Below, piece after piece: positions 42,301 to 60,300 of a stretch of 64,000 nt of DNA. The translations under genes were made by a program, and so were the position numbers. How positions within the stretch are numbered: position 1 is the stretch's first letter; every line of letters begins with the position of its first letter. A model generated the notes under the pieces. That model ran no database searches, was not told the DNA's origin, and worked only from the letters and a program-made list of their open reading frames with translations. This DNA is from Eledone cirrhosa (lineage: Eukaryota). Location of the stretch: the NCBI GenBank assembly GCA_964016885.1, contig OZ024741.1, positions 271,560,001 to 271,624,000 on the forward strand, in the 5' to 3' direction.

Positions 42301-45300
42301 CCCTTCTCCTACACTGACCACAGTATATACATTAAACACCTCACATAAGTCACCATTCTCCAACACTGACCACAGTATACACATTAAACACCTCACATAG
42401 GTCAACATTATCTTACACTGACAACAGTATACACATTAAACACCTAAAATAAGTCACCATTCTCCTACACTGACCACAGTATACACATTAAACACCTCAC
42501 ATATGTCACCATTCTCCTACACTGACCACAGTAAACACATTAAACACCTCACATAAGTCACCATTCTCCTACACTGACCACAGTATATACATTAAACACC
42601 TCACATAAATCACCATTCTCCAACACTGACCACAGTATACACATTAAATACCTCACATAAGTCACCATTCTCCTACACTGACCACAGTATATACATTAAA
42701 CACCTCACATAAGTCACCATTCTCCTACACTGACCACAGTATACACATTAAACACCTCACATAAATCACCATTCTCCAACACTGACCACAGTATATACAT
42801 TAAACACCTCACATAAGTCACCATTCTGCTACACTGACCACAGTATATACATTAAATACCTCACATAAGTCACCCTTCTCCTACACTGACCACAGTATAC
42901 ACATTAAATACCTCACATAAGTCAACATTCTCCTACACTGACCACAGTATATACATTAAACACCTCACATAAGTCACCACTCTCCTACACTGACAACAGT
43001 ATATACATTAAACACCTCACATAAGTCACCATTCTCCTACACTGACCACAGTATATACATTAAACACCTCACATAAGTCACCATTCTCCAACACTGACCA
43101 CAGTATGTACATTAAATACCTCACATAAGTCACCCTTCTCCTACACTGACCACAGTATACACATTAAATACCTCACATAAGTCACCATTCTCCTACACTG
43201 ACCACAGTATATACATTAAACACCTCACATAAGTCACCATTCTCCAACACTGACCACAGTATACACATTAAACACCTCACATAAGTCACCATTCTCCTAC
43301 ACTGGCCACAATATACACATTAAACACCTCACATAAGTCACCATTCTCCTACACTGACCACAATATATGCATTAAACACCTCACATAAGTCACACTGACC
43401 ACAGTATATACATTAAACACCTCACATAAGTCACCATTCTCCAACACTGACCACAGTATACACATTAAACACCTCACATAGGTCAACATTATCTTACACT
43501 GACAACAGTATACACATTAAACACCTAAAATAAGTCACCATTCTCCTACACTGACCACAGTATACACATTAAACACCTCACATATGTCACCATTCTCCTA
43601 CACTGACCACAGTAAACACATTAAACACCTCACATAAGTCACCATTCTCCTACACTGACCACAGTATATACATTAAACACCTCACATAAATCACCATTCT
43701 CCTACACTGACCACAGTATACACATTAAACACATCACATATGTCACCCTTCTCCTACACTGACCACAGTATATACATTAAATACCTCACATAACTCACCA
43801 TTCTCCTACACTGACCACAATATACACATTAAACACCTCACATAAGTCACCACTCTCTTACACTGACCACAGTATATACATTAAACACCTCACATAAGTC
43901 ACCATTCTCCTACACTAACCACAGTATATACATTAAACACCTCACATATGTCACCATTATCTTACACTGACCACAGTATATACATTAAACACCTCACATA
44001 AGTCACCATTCTCCTACTCTGACCACAGTATTCACATTAAACACCTCACATAAGTCACCATTCTCCTACACTGACCACAGTATATACATTAAACACCTCA
44101 CATAAGTCACCATTCTCCAACACTGACCACAGTATACACATTAAACACCTCACATAGGTCAACATTATCTTACACTGACAACAGTATACACATTAAACAC
44201 CTAAAATAAGTCACCATTCTCCTACACTGACCACAGTATACACATTAAACACCTCACATATGTCACCATTCTCCTACACTGACCACAGTAAACACATTAA
44301 ACACCTCACATAAGTCACCATTCTCCTACACTGACCACAGTATATACATTAAACACCTCACATAAATCACCATTCTCCTACACTGACCACAGTATACACA
44401 TTAAACACATCACATATGTCACCCTTCTCCTACACTGACCACAGTATATACATTAAGCACCTCACATAAGTCACCATTCTCCTACACTGGCCACAATATA
44501 CACATTAAACACCTCACATAAGTCACCATTCTCCTACACTGACCACAATATATGCATTAAACACCTCACATAAGTCACCATTCTCCTACACTGACCACAG
44601 TATATACATTAAATACCTCACATATGTCACCATTCTCCTACACTGACCACAGTAAACACATTAAACACCTCACATAAGTCACCATTCTCCTACACTGACC
44701 ACAGTATATACATTAAATACCTCACATATGTCACCATTCTCCTACACTGACCACAGTGTATACATTAAAGACCTCACATAATCACCATTCTCCTACACTG
44801 ACCACAGTATATACATTAAACACCTCACATAAGTCACCCTTCTCCAACACTGACCACAGTATATACATTAAACACCTCACATAAGTCACCATTCTCCTAC
44901 ACTGACCACAGTATACACATTAAACACCTCACATAAGTCACCATTCTCCTACACAGACCACAGTATATACATTAAATACCTCACATATGTCACCATTCTC
45001 CTACACTGACCACAGTATATACATTAAACACCTCACATAAGTCACCATTCTGCTACACTGACCACAGTATATACATTAAATACATCACATAAGTCACCCT
45101 TCTCCTACACTGACCACAGTATACACATTAAATACCTCACATACGTCACCATTCTCCTACACTGACCACAGTATATACATTAAACACCTCACATAAGTCA
45201 ACATTCTCCTACACTGACCACAGTATATACATTAAACACCTCACATAAGTCACCACTCTCCTACACTGACAACAGTATATACATTAAACACCTCACATAA

Positions 45301-48300
45301 GTCACCATTCTCCTACACTGACCACAGTATATACATTAAACACCTCACATAAGTCACCATTCTCCAACACTGACCACAGTATGTACATTAAATACCTCAC
45401 ATAAGTCACCCTTCTCCTACACTGACCACAGTATACACATTAAATACCTCACATAAGTCACCATTCTCCTACACTGACCACAGTATATACATTAAACACC
45501 TCACATAAGTCACCATTCTCTTACACTGACCACAGTATACACATTAAATACCTCACATAAGTCACCATTCTCTTACACTGACCACAGTATGCACATTAAA
45601 CACCTCACATAAGTCACCATTCTCCTACACTGACCACAGTATATACATTAAACACCTCACATATATCACCCTTCTCCTACACAGACCACAATATACACAT
45701 TAAACACCTCACATAAGTCACCATTCTCCTACACTGACCACAGTATTCACATTAAACACCTCACATAAGTCACCATTTTCTTACACTGACCACAGTATAT
45801 ACATTAAATACCTCACATAACTCACCATTCTCCTACACTGACCACAATATACACATTAAACACCTCACATAAGTCACCACTCTCTTACACTGACCACAGT
45901 ATATACATTAAACACCTCACATAAGTCACCATTCTCCTACACTGACCACAGTATATACATTAAACACCTCACATAAGTCACCATTATCTTACACTGACCA
46001 CAGTATATACATTAAACACATCACATAAGTCACCATTCTCCTACTCTGACCACAGTATTCACATTAAACACCTCACATAAGTCACCATTCTCCTACACTG
46101 ACCACAGTATTCACATTAAACACCTCACATAAGTCACCATTCTCCTACACTGAAAACAGTATATACATTAAACACCTCACATAAGTCACCATTCTCTTAC
46201 ACTGACCACAGTATACACATTAAACACCTAAAATAAGTCACCATTCTCCTACACTGACCACAGTATATACATTAAACCCCTCACATAAGTCACCATTCTC
46301 CTACACTGACCACAGTATACACATTAAACACCTCACATAAGTCACCATTCTCCTACACTGACCACAGTATATACATTAAACACCTCACATAAATCACCAT
46401 TCTCCTACACTGACCACAGTATACACATTAAACACATCACATATGTCACCCTTCTCCTACACTGACCACAGTATATACATTAAACACCTCACATAAGTCA
46501 CCATTCTCCAACACTGACCACAGTATACACATTAAACACCTCACATAGGTCAACATTATCTTACACTGACAACAGTATACACATTAAACACCTAAAATAA
46601 GTCACCATTCTCCTACACTGACCACAGTAAACACATTAAACACCTCACATATGTCACCATTCTCCTACACTGACCACAGTAAACACATTAAACACCTCAC
46701 ATAAGTCACCATTCTCCTACACTGACCACAGTATATACATTAAACGCCTCACATAAGTCACCATTCTCCTACACTGACCACAGTATATACATTAAACACC
46801 TCACATAAGTCACCATTCTCCTACACTGACCACAATATATGCATTAAACACCTCACATAAGTCACCATTCTCCTACACTGACCACAGTATATACATTAAA
46901 TACCTCACATATGTCACCATTCTCCTACACTGACCACAGTAAACACATTAAACACCTCACATAAGTCACCATTCTCCTACACTGACCACAGTATATACAT
47001 TAAATACCTCACATATGTCACCATTCTCCTACACTGACCACAGTGTATACATTAAAGACCTCACATAATCACCATTCTCCTACACTGACCACAGTACATA
47101 CATTAAACACCTCACATAAGTCACCCTTCTCCACCACTGACCACAGTATATACATTAAACACCTCACATAAGTCACCATTCTCCTACACTGACCACAGTA
47201 TATACATTAAATACCTCACATATGTCACCATTCTCCTACACTGACCACAGTATATACATTAAACACCTCACATAAGTCACCATGCTCCTACACTGACCAC
47301 AATATATACATTAAACACCTCACATAAGTCACCACTCTCCTACACTGACCACAGTATATACATTAAAGACCTCACATAAGTCACCATTCTCCTACACTGA
47401 CCACAGTATATACATTAAATACCTCACATAAGTCACCCTTCTCCTACACTGACCACAGTATACACATTAAATACCTCACATAAGTCACCATTCTCCTACA
47501 CTGACCACAGTATATACATTAAACACCTCACATAAGTCACCATTCTCCTACACTGACCACAGTATATACATTAAACACCTCACATAAGTCACCACTCTCC
47601 TACACTGACCACAGTATATACATTAAACACCTCACATAAGTCACCATTCTCCAACACTGACCACAGTATGTACATTAAATACCTCACATAAGTCACCCTT
47701 CTCCTACACTGACCACAGTATATACATTAAATACCTCACATAAGTCACCATTCTCCTACACTGACCACAGTATACACATTAAACACCTCACATAAGTCAC
47801 CATTCTCCTACACTGACCACAGTATATACATTAAATATCTCACATAAGTCACCATTCTCCTACACTGACCACAGTATACACATTAAACACCTCACATAAG
47901 TCACCATTCTCCTACACTGACCACAGTATATACATTAAATATCTCACATAAGTCACCATTCTCCTACACTGACCACAGTATACACATTAAACACCTCACA
48001 TAAGTCACCATTCTCCTACACTGACCACAGTATATACATTAAACACCTCACATAAGTCACCATTCTCCTACACTGACCACAATATATACATTAAACACCT
48101 CACATAAGTCACCACTCTCCTACACTGACCACAGTATACACATTAAACACCTCATATAAGTCACCATTCTTTTACACTGACCACATTATACACATTAAAT
48201 ACCTCACATAAGTCACCATTCTCCTACACTGACCACAGTATATACATTAAACAACTCATATAAGTCACCATTCTCATACACTGACCACAGTATATACATT

Positions 48301-51300
48301 AAACACCTCACATAAGTCACCATTCTCCTACACTGACCACAGTATATACATTAAAGACCTCACATAAGTCACCACTCTCATACACTGACCACAGTATATA
48401 CATTAAACACCTCACATAAGTCACAATTCTCCAACACTGACCACAGTATATACATTAAAGACCTCACATAAGTCACCATTCTCCTACACTGACCACAGTA
48501 TTCACATTAAACACCTCACATAAGTCACCATTCTCCTACACTGAAAACAGTATATACATTAAATACCTCACATAAGTCACCATTCTCCTACACTGACCAC
48601 AGTATATACATTAAACACCTCACATAAGTCACCATTCTCTTACACTGACCACAGTATACACATTAAACACCTAAAATAAGTCACCATTCTCCTACACTGA
48701 CCACAGTATATACATTAAACCCCTCACATAAGTCACCATTCTCCTACACTGACCACAGTATACACATTAAACACCTCACATAAGTCACCATTCTCCTACA
48801 CTGACCACAGTATATACATTAAACACCTCACATAAATCACCATTCTCCTACACTGACCACAGTATACACATTAAACACATCACATATGTCACCCTTCTCC
48901 TACACTGACCACAGTATATACATTAAACACCTCACATAAGTCACCATTCTCCAACACTGACCACAGTATACACATTAAACACCTCACATAGGTCAACATT
49001 ATCTTACACTGACAACAGTATACACATTAAACACCTAAAATAAGTCACCATTCTCCTACACTGACCACAGTATACACATTAAACACCTCACATATGTCAC
49101 CATTCTCCTACACTGACCACAGTAAACACATTAAACACCTCACATAAGTCACCATTCTCCTACACTGACCACAGTATATACATTAAACACCTCACATAAA
49201 TCACCATTCTCCAACACTGACCACAGTATACACATTAAATACCTCACATAAGTCACCATTCTCCTACACTGACCACAGTATATACATTAAACACCTCACA
49301 TAAGTCACCATTCTGCTACACTGACCACAGTATATACATTAAATACCTCACATAAGTCACCCTTCTCCTACACTGACCACAGTATACACATTAAATACCT
49401 CACATAAGTCACCATTCTCCTACACTGACCACAGTATATACATTAAACACCTCACATAAGTCAACATTCTCCTACACTGACCACAGTAAATACATTAAAC
49501 ACCTCACATAAGTCACCACTCTCCTACACTGACAACAGTATATACATTAAACACCTCACATAAGTCACCATTCTCCTACACTGACCACAGTATATACATT
49601 AAACACCTCACATAAGTCACCATTCTCCAACACTGACCACAGTATGTACATTAAATACCTCACATAAGTCACCCTTCTCCTACACTGACCACAGTATACA
49701 CATTAAATACCTCACATAAGTCACCATTCTCCTACACTGACCACAGTATATACATTAAACACCTCACATAAGTCACCATTCTCTTACACTGACCACAGTA
49801 TACACATTAAATACCTCACATAAGTCACCATTCTCTTACACTGACCACAGTATGCACATTAAACACCTCACATAAGTCACCATTCTCCTACACTGACCAC
49901 AGTATTCACATTAAACACCTCACATAAGTCACCATTCTCCTACACTGACCACAGTATTCACATTAAACACCTCACATAAGTCACCATTCTCCTACACTGA
50001 CCATAGTATATACATTAAATGCCTCACATAAGTCACCATTCTCCTACACTGACCACAGTATATACATTAAACACCTCACATAAGGCACCATTCTCCTACA
50101 CTGACCACAGTATACACATTAAACACCTCAATAAAGTCACCATTCTCCTACACTGACCACACTATTCACATTAAACACCTCACATAAGTCACCATTCTCC
50201 TACACTGACCACAGTATTCACATTAAACACCTCACATAAGTCACCATTCTCCTACACTGACCACAGTATATACATTAAACACCTCACATAAGTCACCATT
50301 CTCCAACACTGACCACAGTATACACATTAAACACCTCACATAAGTCACCATTCTCCTACACTGACCACAGTATATACAATAAACACCTCACATAAGTCAC
50401 CATTCTCCTACACTGACCACAGTATTCACATTAAACACCTCACATAAGTCACCATTTTCTTACACTGACCACAGTATATACATTAAATACCTCACATAAC
50501 TCACCATTCTCCTACACTGACCACAATATACACATTAAACACCTCACATAAGTCACCACTCTCTTACACTGACCACAGTATATACATTAAACACCTCACA
50601 TAAGTCACCATTCTCCTACACTAACCACAGTATATACATTAAACACCTCACATATGTCACCATTATCTTACACTGACCACAGTATATACATTAAACACCT
50701 CACATAAGTCACCATTCTCCTACTCTGACCACAGTATTCACATTAAACACCTCACATAAGTCACCATTCTCCTACACTGACCACAGTATTCACATTAAAC
50801 ACCTCACATAAGTCACCATTCTCCTACACTGAAAACAGTATATACATTAAATACCTCACATAAGTCACCATTCTCCTACACTGACCACAGTATATACATT
50901 AAACACCTCACATAAGTCACCATTCTCTTACACTGACCACAGTATACACATTAAACACCTAAAATAAGTCACCATTCTCCTACACTGACCACAGTATATA
51001 CATTAAACCCCTCACATAAGTCACCATTCTCCTACACTGACCACAGTATACACATTAAACACCTCACATAAGTCACCATTCTCCTACACTGACCACAGTA
51101 TATACATTAAACACCTCACATAAATCACCATTCTCCTACACTGACCACAGTATACACATTAAACACATCACATATGTCACCCTTCTCCTACACTGACCAC
51201 AGTATATACATTAAACACCTCACATAAGTCACCATTCTCCAACACTGACCACAGTATACACATTAAACACCTCACATAGGTCAACATTATCTTACACTGA

Positions 51301-54300
51301 CAACAGTATACACATTAAACACCTAAAATAAGTCACCATTCTCCTACACTGACCACAGTATACACATTAAACACCTCACATATGTCACCATTCTCCTACA
51401 CTGACCACAGTAAACACATTAAACACCTCACATAAGTCACCATTCTCCTACACTGACCACAGTATATACATTAAACACCTCACATAAATCACCATTCTCC
51501 TACACTGACCACAGTATACACATTAAACACATCACATATGTCACCCTTCTCCTACACTGACCACAGTATATACATTAAACACCTCACATAAGTCACCATT
51601 CTCCTACACTGGCCACAATATACACATTAAACACCTCACATAAGTCACCATTCTCCTACACTGACCACAATATATGCATTAAACACCTCACATAAGTCAC
51701 CATTCTCCTACACTGACCACAGTATATACATTAAATACCTCACATATGTCACCATTCTCCTACACTGACCACAGTAAACACATTAAACACCTCACATAAG
51801 TCACCATTCTCCTACACTGACCACAGTATATACATTAAATACCTCACATATGTCACCATTCTCCTACACTGACCACAGTGTATACATTAAAGACCTCACA
51901 TAATCACCATTCTCCTACACTGACCACAGTATATACATTAAACACCTCACATAAGTCACCCTTCTCCAACACTGACCACAGTATATACATTAAACACCTC
52001 ACATAAGTCACCATTCTCCTACACTGACCACAGTATACACATTAAACACCTCACATAAGTCACCACTCTCCTACACTGACAACAGTATATACATTAAACA
52101 CCTCACATAAGTCACCATTCTCCTACACTGACCACAGTATATACATTAAACACCTCACATAAGTCACCATTCTCCAACACTGACCACAGTATGTACATTA
52201 AATACCTCACATAAGTCACCCTTCTCCTACACTGACCACAGTATACACATTAAATACCTCACATAAGTCACCATTCTCCTACACTGACCACAGTATATAC
52301 ATTAAACACCTCACATAAGTCACCATTCTCTTACACTGACCACAGTATACACATTAAATACCTCACATAAGTCACCATTCTCTTACACTGACCACAGTAT
52401 GCACATTAAACACCTCACATAAGTCACCATTCTCCTACACTGACCACAGTATATACATTAAACACCTCACATATATCACCCTTCTCCTACACAGACCACA
52501 ATATACACATTAAACACCTCACATAAGTCACCATTCTCCTACACTGACCACAGTATTCACATTAAACACCTCACATAAGTCACCATTTTCTTACACTGAC
52601 CACAGTATATACATTAAATACCTCACATAACTCACCATTCTCCTACACTGACCACAATATACACATTAAACACCTCACATAAGTCACCACTCTCTTACAC
52701 TGACCACAGTATATACATTAAACACCTCACATAAGTCACCATTCTCCTACACTGACCACAGTATATACATTAAACACCTCACATAAGTCACCATTATCTT
52801 ACACTGACCACAGTATATACATTAAACACCTCACATAAGTCACCATTCTCCTACTCTGACCACAGTATTCACATTAAACACCTCACATAAGTCACCATTC
52901 TCCTACACTGACCACAGTATTCACATTAAACACCTCACATAAGTCACCATTCTCCTACACTGAAAACAGTATATACATTAAATACCTCACATAAGTCACC
53001 ATTCTCCTACACTGACCACAGTATATACATTAAACACCTCACATAAGTCACCATTCTCTTACACTGACCACAGTATACACATTAAACACCTAAAATAAGT
53101 CACCATTCTCCTACACTGACCACAGTATATACATTAAACCCCTCACATAAGTCACCATTCTCCTACACTGACCACAGTATACACATTAAACACCTCACAT
53201 AAGTCACCATTCTCCTACACTGACCACAGTATATACATTAAACACCTCACATAAATCACCATTCTCCTACACTGACCACAGTATACACATTAAACACATC
53301 ACATATGTCACCCTTCTCCTACACTGACCACAGTATATACATTAAACACCTCACATAAGTCACCATTCTCCAACACTGACCACAGTATACACATTAAACA
53401 CCTCACATAGGTCAACATTATCTTACACTGACAACAGTATACACATTAAACACCTAAAATAAGTCACCATTCTCCTACACTGACCACAGTATACACATTA
53501 AACACCTCACATATGTCACCATTCTCCTACACTGACCACAGTAAACACATTAAACACCTCACATAAGTCACCATTCTCCTACACTGACCACAGTATATAC
53601 ATTAAACACCTCACATAAATCACCATTCTCCTACACTGACCACAGTATACACATTAAACACATCACATATGTCACCCTTCTCCTACACTGACCACAGTAT
53701 ATACATTAAACACCTCACATAAGTCACCATTCTCCTACACTGGCCACAATATACACATTAAACACCTCACATAAGTCACCATTCTCCTACACTGACCACA
53801 ATATATGCATTAAACACCTCACATAAGTCACCATTCTCCTACACTGACCACAGTATATACATTAAATACCTCACAAATGTCACCATTCTGCTACACTGAC
53901 CACAGTAAACACATTAAACACCTCACATAAGTCACCATTCTCCTACACTGACCACAGTATATACATTAAATACCTCACATATGTCACCATTCTCCTACAC
54001 TGACCACAGTGTATACATTAAAGACCTCACATAATCACCATTCTCCTACACTGACCACAGTACATACATTAAACACCTCACATAAGTCACCCTTCTCCAC
54101 CACTGACCACAGTATATACATTAAACACCTCACATAAGTCACCATTCTCCTACACTGACCACAGTATACACATTAAACACCTCACATAAGTCACCATTCT
54201 CCTACACTGACCACAGTATATACATTAAATACCTCACATATGTCACCATTCTCCTACACTGACCACAGTATATACATTAAACACCTCACATAAGTCACCA

Positions 54301-57300
54301 TTCTCCTACACTGACCACAATATATACATTAAACACCTCACATAAGTCACCACTCTCCTACACTGACCACAGTATATACATTAAAGACCTCACATAAGTC
54401 ACCATTCTGCTACACTGACTACAGTATATACATTAAATACCTCACATAAGTCACCCTTCTCCTACACTGACCACAGTATACACATTAAATACGTCACATA
54501 AGTCACCATTCTCCTACACTGACCACAGTATATACATTAAACACCTGACATAAGTCAACATTCTTCTACACTGACCACAGTATATACATTAAACACCTCA
54601 CATAAGTCACCACTCTCCAACACTGACCACAGTATGTACATTAAATACCTCACATAAGTCACCCTTCTCCTACACTGACCACAGTATACACATTAAATAC
54701 CTCACATAAGTCACCATTCTCCTACACTGACCACAGTATATACATTAAATATCTCACATAAGTCACCATTCTCCTACACTGACCACAGTATATACATTAA
54801 ACACCTCACATAAGTCACCATTCTCTTACACTGACCACAGTATATACATTAAACACCTCACATATGTAACCCTTCTCATACACTGACCACAGTATATACA
54901 TTAATCACCTCACATAAGTCACCCTTCTCCTACACTGACCACAGTATATACATTAAACACCTTACGTAAGTCACCATTCTCCTACACTGACCACAGTATA
55001 TACATTAAACGCCTCACATAAGTCACTATTCTCACACACTGACCACAGTATATACATTAAAGACCTCACATAAGTCACCATTCTCCTACACTGACCACAG
55101 TATATACATTAAATACCTCACATAAGTCACCCTTCTCCTACACTGACCACAGTATACACATTAAATACCTCACATAAGTCACCATTCTCCTACACTGACC
55201 ACAGTATATACATTAAACACCTCACATAAGTCACCATTCTCCTACACTGACCACAGTATATACATTAAACACCTCACATAAGTCACCACTCTCCTACACT
55301 GACAACAGTATATACATTAAACACCTCACATAAGTCACCATTCTCCTACACTGACCACAGTATATACATTAAACACCTCACATAAGTCACCATTCTCCAA
55401 CACTGACCACAGTATGTACATTAAATACCTCACATAAGTCACCCTTCTCCTACACTGACCACAGTATACACATTAAATACCTCACATAAGTCACCATTCT
55501 CCTACACTGACCACAGTATATACATTAAACACCTCACATAAGTCACCATTCTCTTACACTGACCACAGTATACACATTAAATACCTCACATAAGTCACCA
55601 TTCTCTTACACTGACCACAGTATGCACATTAAACACCTCACATAAGTCACCATTCTCCTACACTGACCACAGTATATACATTAAACACCTCACATATATC
55701 ACCCTTCTCCTACACAGACCACAATATACACATTAAACACCTCACATAAGTCACCATTCTCCTACACTGACCACAGTATATACATTAAACACCTCACATA
55801 AGTCACCATTCTCCAACACTGACCACAGTATACACATTAAACACCTCACATAAGTCACCATTCTCCTACACTGACCACAGTCTATACATTAAACACCTCA
55901 CATATGTCACCCTTCTCCTACACTGACCACAGTATATACAATAAACACCTCACATAAGTCACCATTCTCCTACACTGACCACAGTATTCACATTAAACAC
56001 CTCACATAAGTCACCATTTTCTTACACTGACCACAGTATATACATTAAATACCTCACATAACTCACCATTCTCCTACACTGACCACAATATACACATTAA
56101 ACACCTCACATAAGTCACCATTCTCTTACACTGACCACAGTATATACATTAAACACCTCACATAAGTCACCATTCTCCTACACTGACCACAGTATATACA
56201 TTAAACACCTCACATAAGTCACCATTATCTTACACTGACCACAGTATATACATTAAACACCTCACATAAGTCACCATTCTCCTACTCTGACCACAGTATT
56301 CACATTAAACACCTCACATAAGTCACCATTCTCCTACACTGACCATAGTATACACATTAAACCCCTCACATAAGTCACCATTCTCCTACACTGACCACAG
56401 TATACACATTAAACACCTAAAATAAGTCACCATTCTCCTACACTGGCCACAGTATACACATTAAACACCTCACATACGTCACCCTTCTCCTACACTGACC
56501 ACAGTATATACATTAAACACCTCACATAAGTCACCATTCTCCAACACTGACCACAGTATACACATTAAACACCTAAAATAAGTCACTGTTCTCTTACACT
56601 GACCACAGTATTCACATTAAACACCTCACATATGTCACCCTTCTCCTACACTGACCACAGTATATACATTAAACACCTCACATAAGTCACCATTCTCCAA
56701 CACTGACCACAGTATACACATTAAACACCTCACATAGGTCAACATTATCTTACACTGACCACAGTACATACATTAAACACCTCACATATGTCACCATTCT
56801 CCTACACTGACCACAGTATATACATTAAACCCCTCACATAAGTCACCATTCTCCTACACTGACCACAGTATACACATTAAACACCTAAAATAATCACCGT
56901 TCTCTTACACTGACCACAGTATTCACATTAAACACCTCACATAAGTCACCATTCTCCTACACTGACCACAGTATATACATTAAACACCTCACATAAGTCA
57001 CCATTCTCCTAGACTGACCACAGTACATACATTAAACACCTCACATAAGTCACCATTCTCCAACACTGACCACAGTATACACATTAAACACCTCACATAA
57101 GTCACCATTCTCCTACACTGACCACAGTCTATACATTAAACACGTCACATGAGTCACCATTCTCTTACACTGACCACAGTATATACATTAAACACCTCAC
57201 ATAAGTACCAATTCTCCTACACTGACCACAGTATATACATTAAACACCTCACATAAGTCACCATTATCTTACACTGACCACAGTATATACATTAAACACC

Positions 57301-60300
57301 TCACATAAGTCACCATTCTCCTACACTGACCACAGTATTCACATTAAACACCTCACATAAGTCACCATTCTCCTACACTGACCACAGTATATACATTAAA
57401 CACCTTACGTAAGTCACCATTCTCCTACACTGACCACAGTATATACATTAAACGCCTCACATAAGTCACTATTCTCACACACTGACCACAGTATATACAT
57501 TAAAGACCTCACATAAGTCACCATTCTCCTACACTGACCACAGTATATACATTAAATACCTCACATAAGTCACCCTTCTCCTACACTGACCACAGTATAC
57601 ACATTAAATACCTCACATAAGTCACCATTCTCCTACACTGACCACAGTATATACATTAAACACCTCACATAAGTCACCATTCTCCTACACTGACCACAGT
57701 ATATACATTAAACACCTCACATAAGTCACCACTCTCCTACACTGACAACAGTATATACATTAAACACCTCACATAAGTCACCATTCTCCTACACTGACCA
57801 CAGTATATACATTAAACACCTCACATAAGTCACCATTCTCCAACACTGACCACAGTATGTACATTAAATACCTCACATAAGTCACCCTTCTCCTACACTG
57901 ACCACAGTATACACATTAAATACCTCACATAAGTCACCATTCTCCTACACTGACCACAGTATATACATTAAACACCTCACATAAGTCACCATTCTCTTAC
58001 ACTGACCACAGTATACACATTAAATACCTCACATAAGTCACCATTCTCTTACACTGACCACAGTATGCACATTAAACACCTCACATAAGTCACCATTCTC
58101 CTACACTGACCACAGTATATACATTAAACACCTCACATATATCACCCTTCTCCTACACAGACCACAATATACACATTAAACACCTCACATAAGTCACCAT
58201 TCTCCTACACTGACCACAGTATATACATTAAACACCTCACATAAGTCACCATTCTCCAACACTGACCACAGTATACACATTAAACACCTCACATAAGTCA
58301 CCATTCTCCTACACTGACCACAGTCTATACATTAAACACCTCACATATGTCACCCTTCTCCTACACTGACCACAGTATATACAATAAACACCTCACATAA
58401 GTCACCATTCTCCTACACTGACCACAATATACACATTAAACACCTCACATAAGTCACCATTTTCTTACACTGACCACAGTATATACATTAAACACCTCAC
58501 ATAAGTCACCATTCTCCTACACTGACCACAGTATATACATTAAACACCTCACATAAGTCACCATTATCTTACACTGACCACAGTATATACATTAAACACC
58601 TCACATAAGTCACCATTCTCCTACTCTGACCACAGTATTCACATTAAACACCTCACATAAGTCACCATTCTCCTACACTGACCATAGTATACACATTAAA
58701 CACCTCACATAAGTAACCATTCTCCTACACTGACCACAGTATATACATTAAACCCCTCACATAAGTCACCATTCTCCTACACTGACCACAGTATACACAT
58801 TAAACACCTAAAATAAGTCACCATTCTCCTACACTGGCCACAGTATACACATTAAACACCTCACATATGTCACCCTTCTCCTACACTGACCACAGTATAT
58901 ACATTAAACACCTCACATAAGTCACCATTCTCCAACACTGACCACAGTATACACATTAAACACCTAAAATAAGTCACTGTTCTCTTACACTGACCACAGT
59001 ATTCACATTAAACACCTCACATATGTCACCCTTCTCCTACACTGACCACAGTATATACATTAAACACCTCACATAAGTCACCATTCTCCAACACTGACCA
59101 CAGTATACACATTAAACACCTCACATAGGTCAACATTATCTTACACTGACCACAGTACATACATTAAACACCTCACATATGTCACCATTCTCCTACACTG
59201 ACCACAGTATATACATTAAACCCCTCACATAAGTCACCATTCTCCTACACTGACCACAGTATACACATTAAACACCTAAAATAATCACCGTTCTCTTACA
59301 CTGACCACAGTATTCACATTAAACAACTAAAATAAGTCACCATTCTCCTACACTGACCACAGTATACACATTAAACACCTCACATAGGTCAACATTATCT
59401 TACACTGACCACAGTATATACATTAAACACCTCACATAAGTCACCATTCTCCTACACTGACCACAGTACATACATTAAACACCTCACATAAGTCACCATT
59501 CTCCAACACTGACCACAGTATACACATTAAACACCTCACATAAGTCACCATTCTCCTACACTGACCACAGTCTATACATTAAACACGTCACATAAGTCAC
59601 CATTCTCTTACACTGACCACAGTATATACATTAAACACCTCACATAAGTCACCATTCTCCTACACTGACCACAGTATATACATTAAACACCTCACATAAG
59701 TCACCATTATCTTACACTGACCACAGTATATACATTAAACACCTCACATAAGTCACCATTCTCCTACACTGACCACAGTATTCACATTAAACACCTCACA
59801 TAAGTCACCATTCTCCTACTCTGACCATAGTATACACATTAAACACCTCACATAAGTCACCATTCTCCTACACTGACCACAATATATACATTAAACCCCT
59901 CACATAAGTCACCATTCTCCTACACTGACCACAGTATACACATTAAACAACTAAAATAAGTCACCATTCTCCTACACTGACCACAGTATACACATTAAAC
60001 ACCTCACATAGGTCAACATTATCTTACACTGACCACAGTATACACATTAAACACCTCACATAAGTCACCATTATCTTACACTGACCACAGTATATACATT
60101 AAACACCTCACATAAGTCACCATTCTCCAACACTGACCACAGTATATACATTAAACACCTCACATAAGTCACCATTCTCCTACACTGACCACAGTATACA
60201 CATTAAACACCTCACATAAGTCACCATTTCTCCTACACTGACCACAGTATATACATTAAACACCTGACATAAGTCACCATTCTCCTACACTGACCACAGT

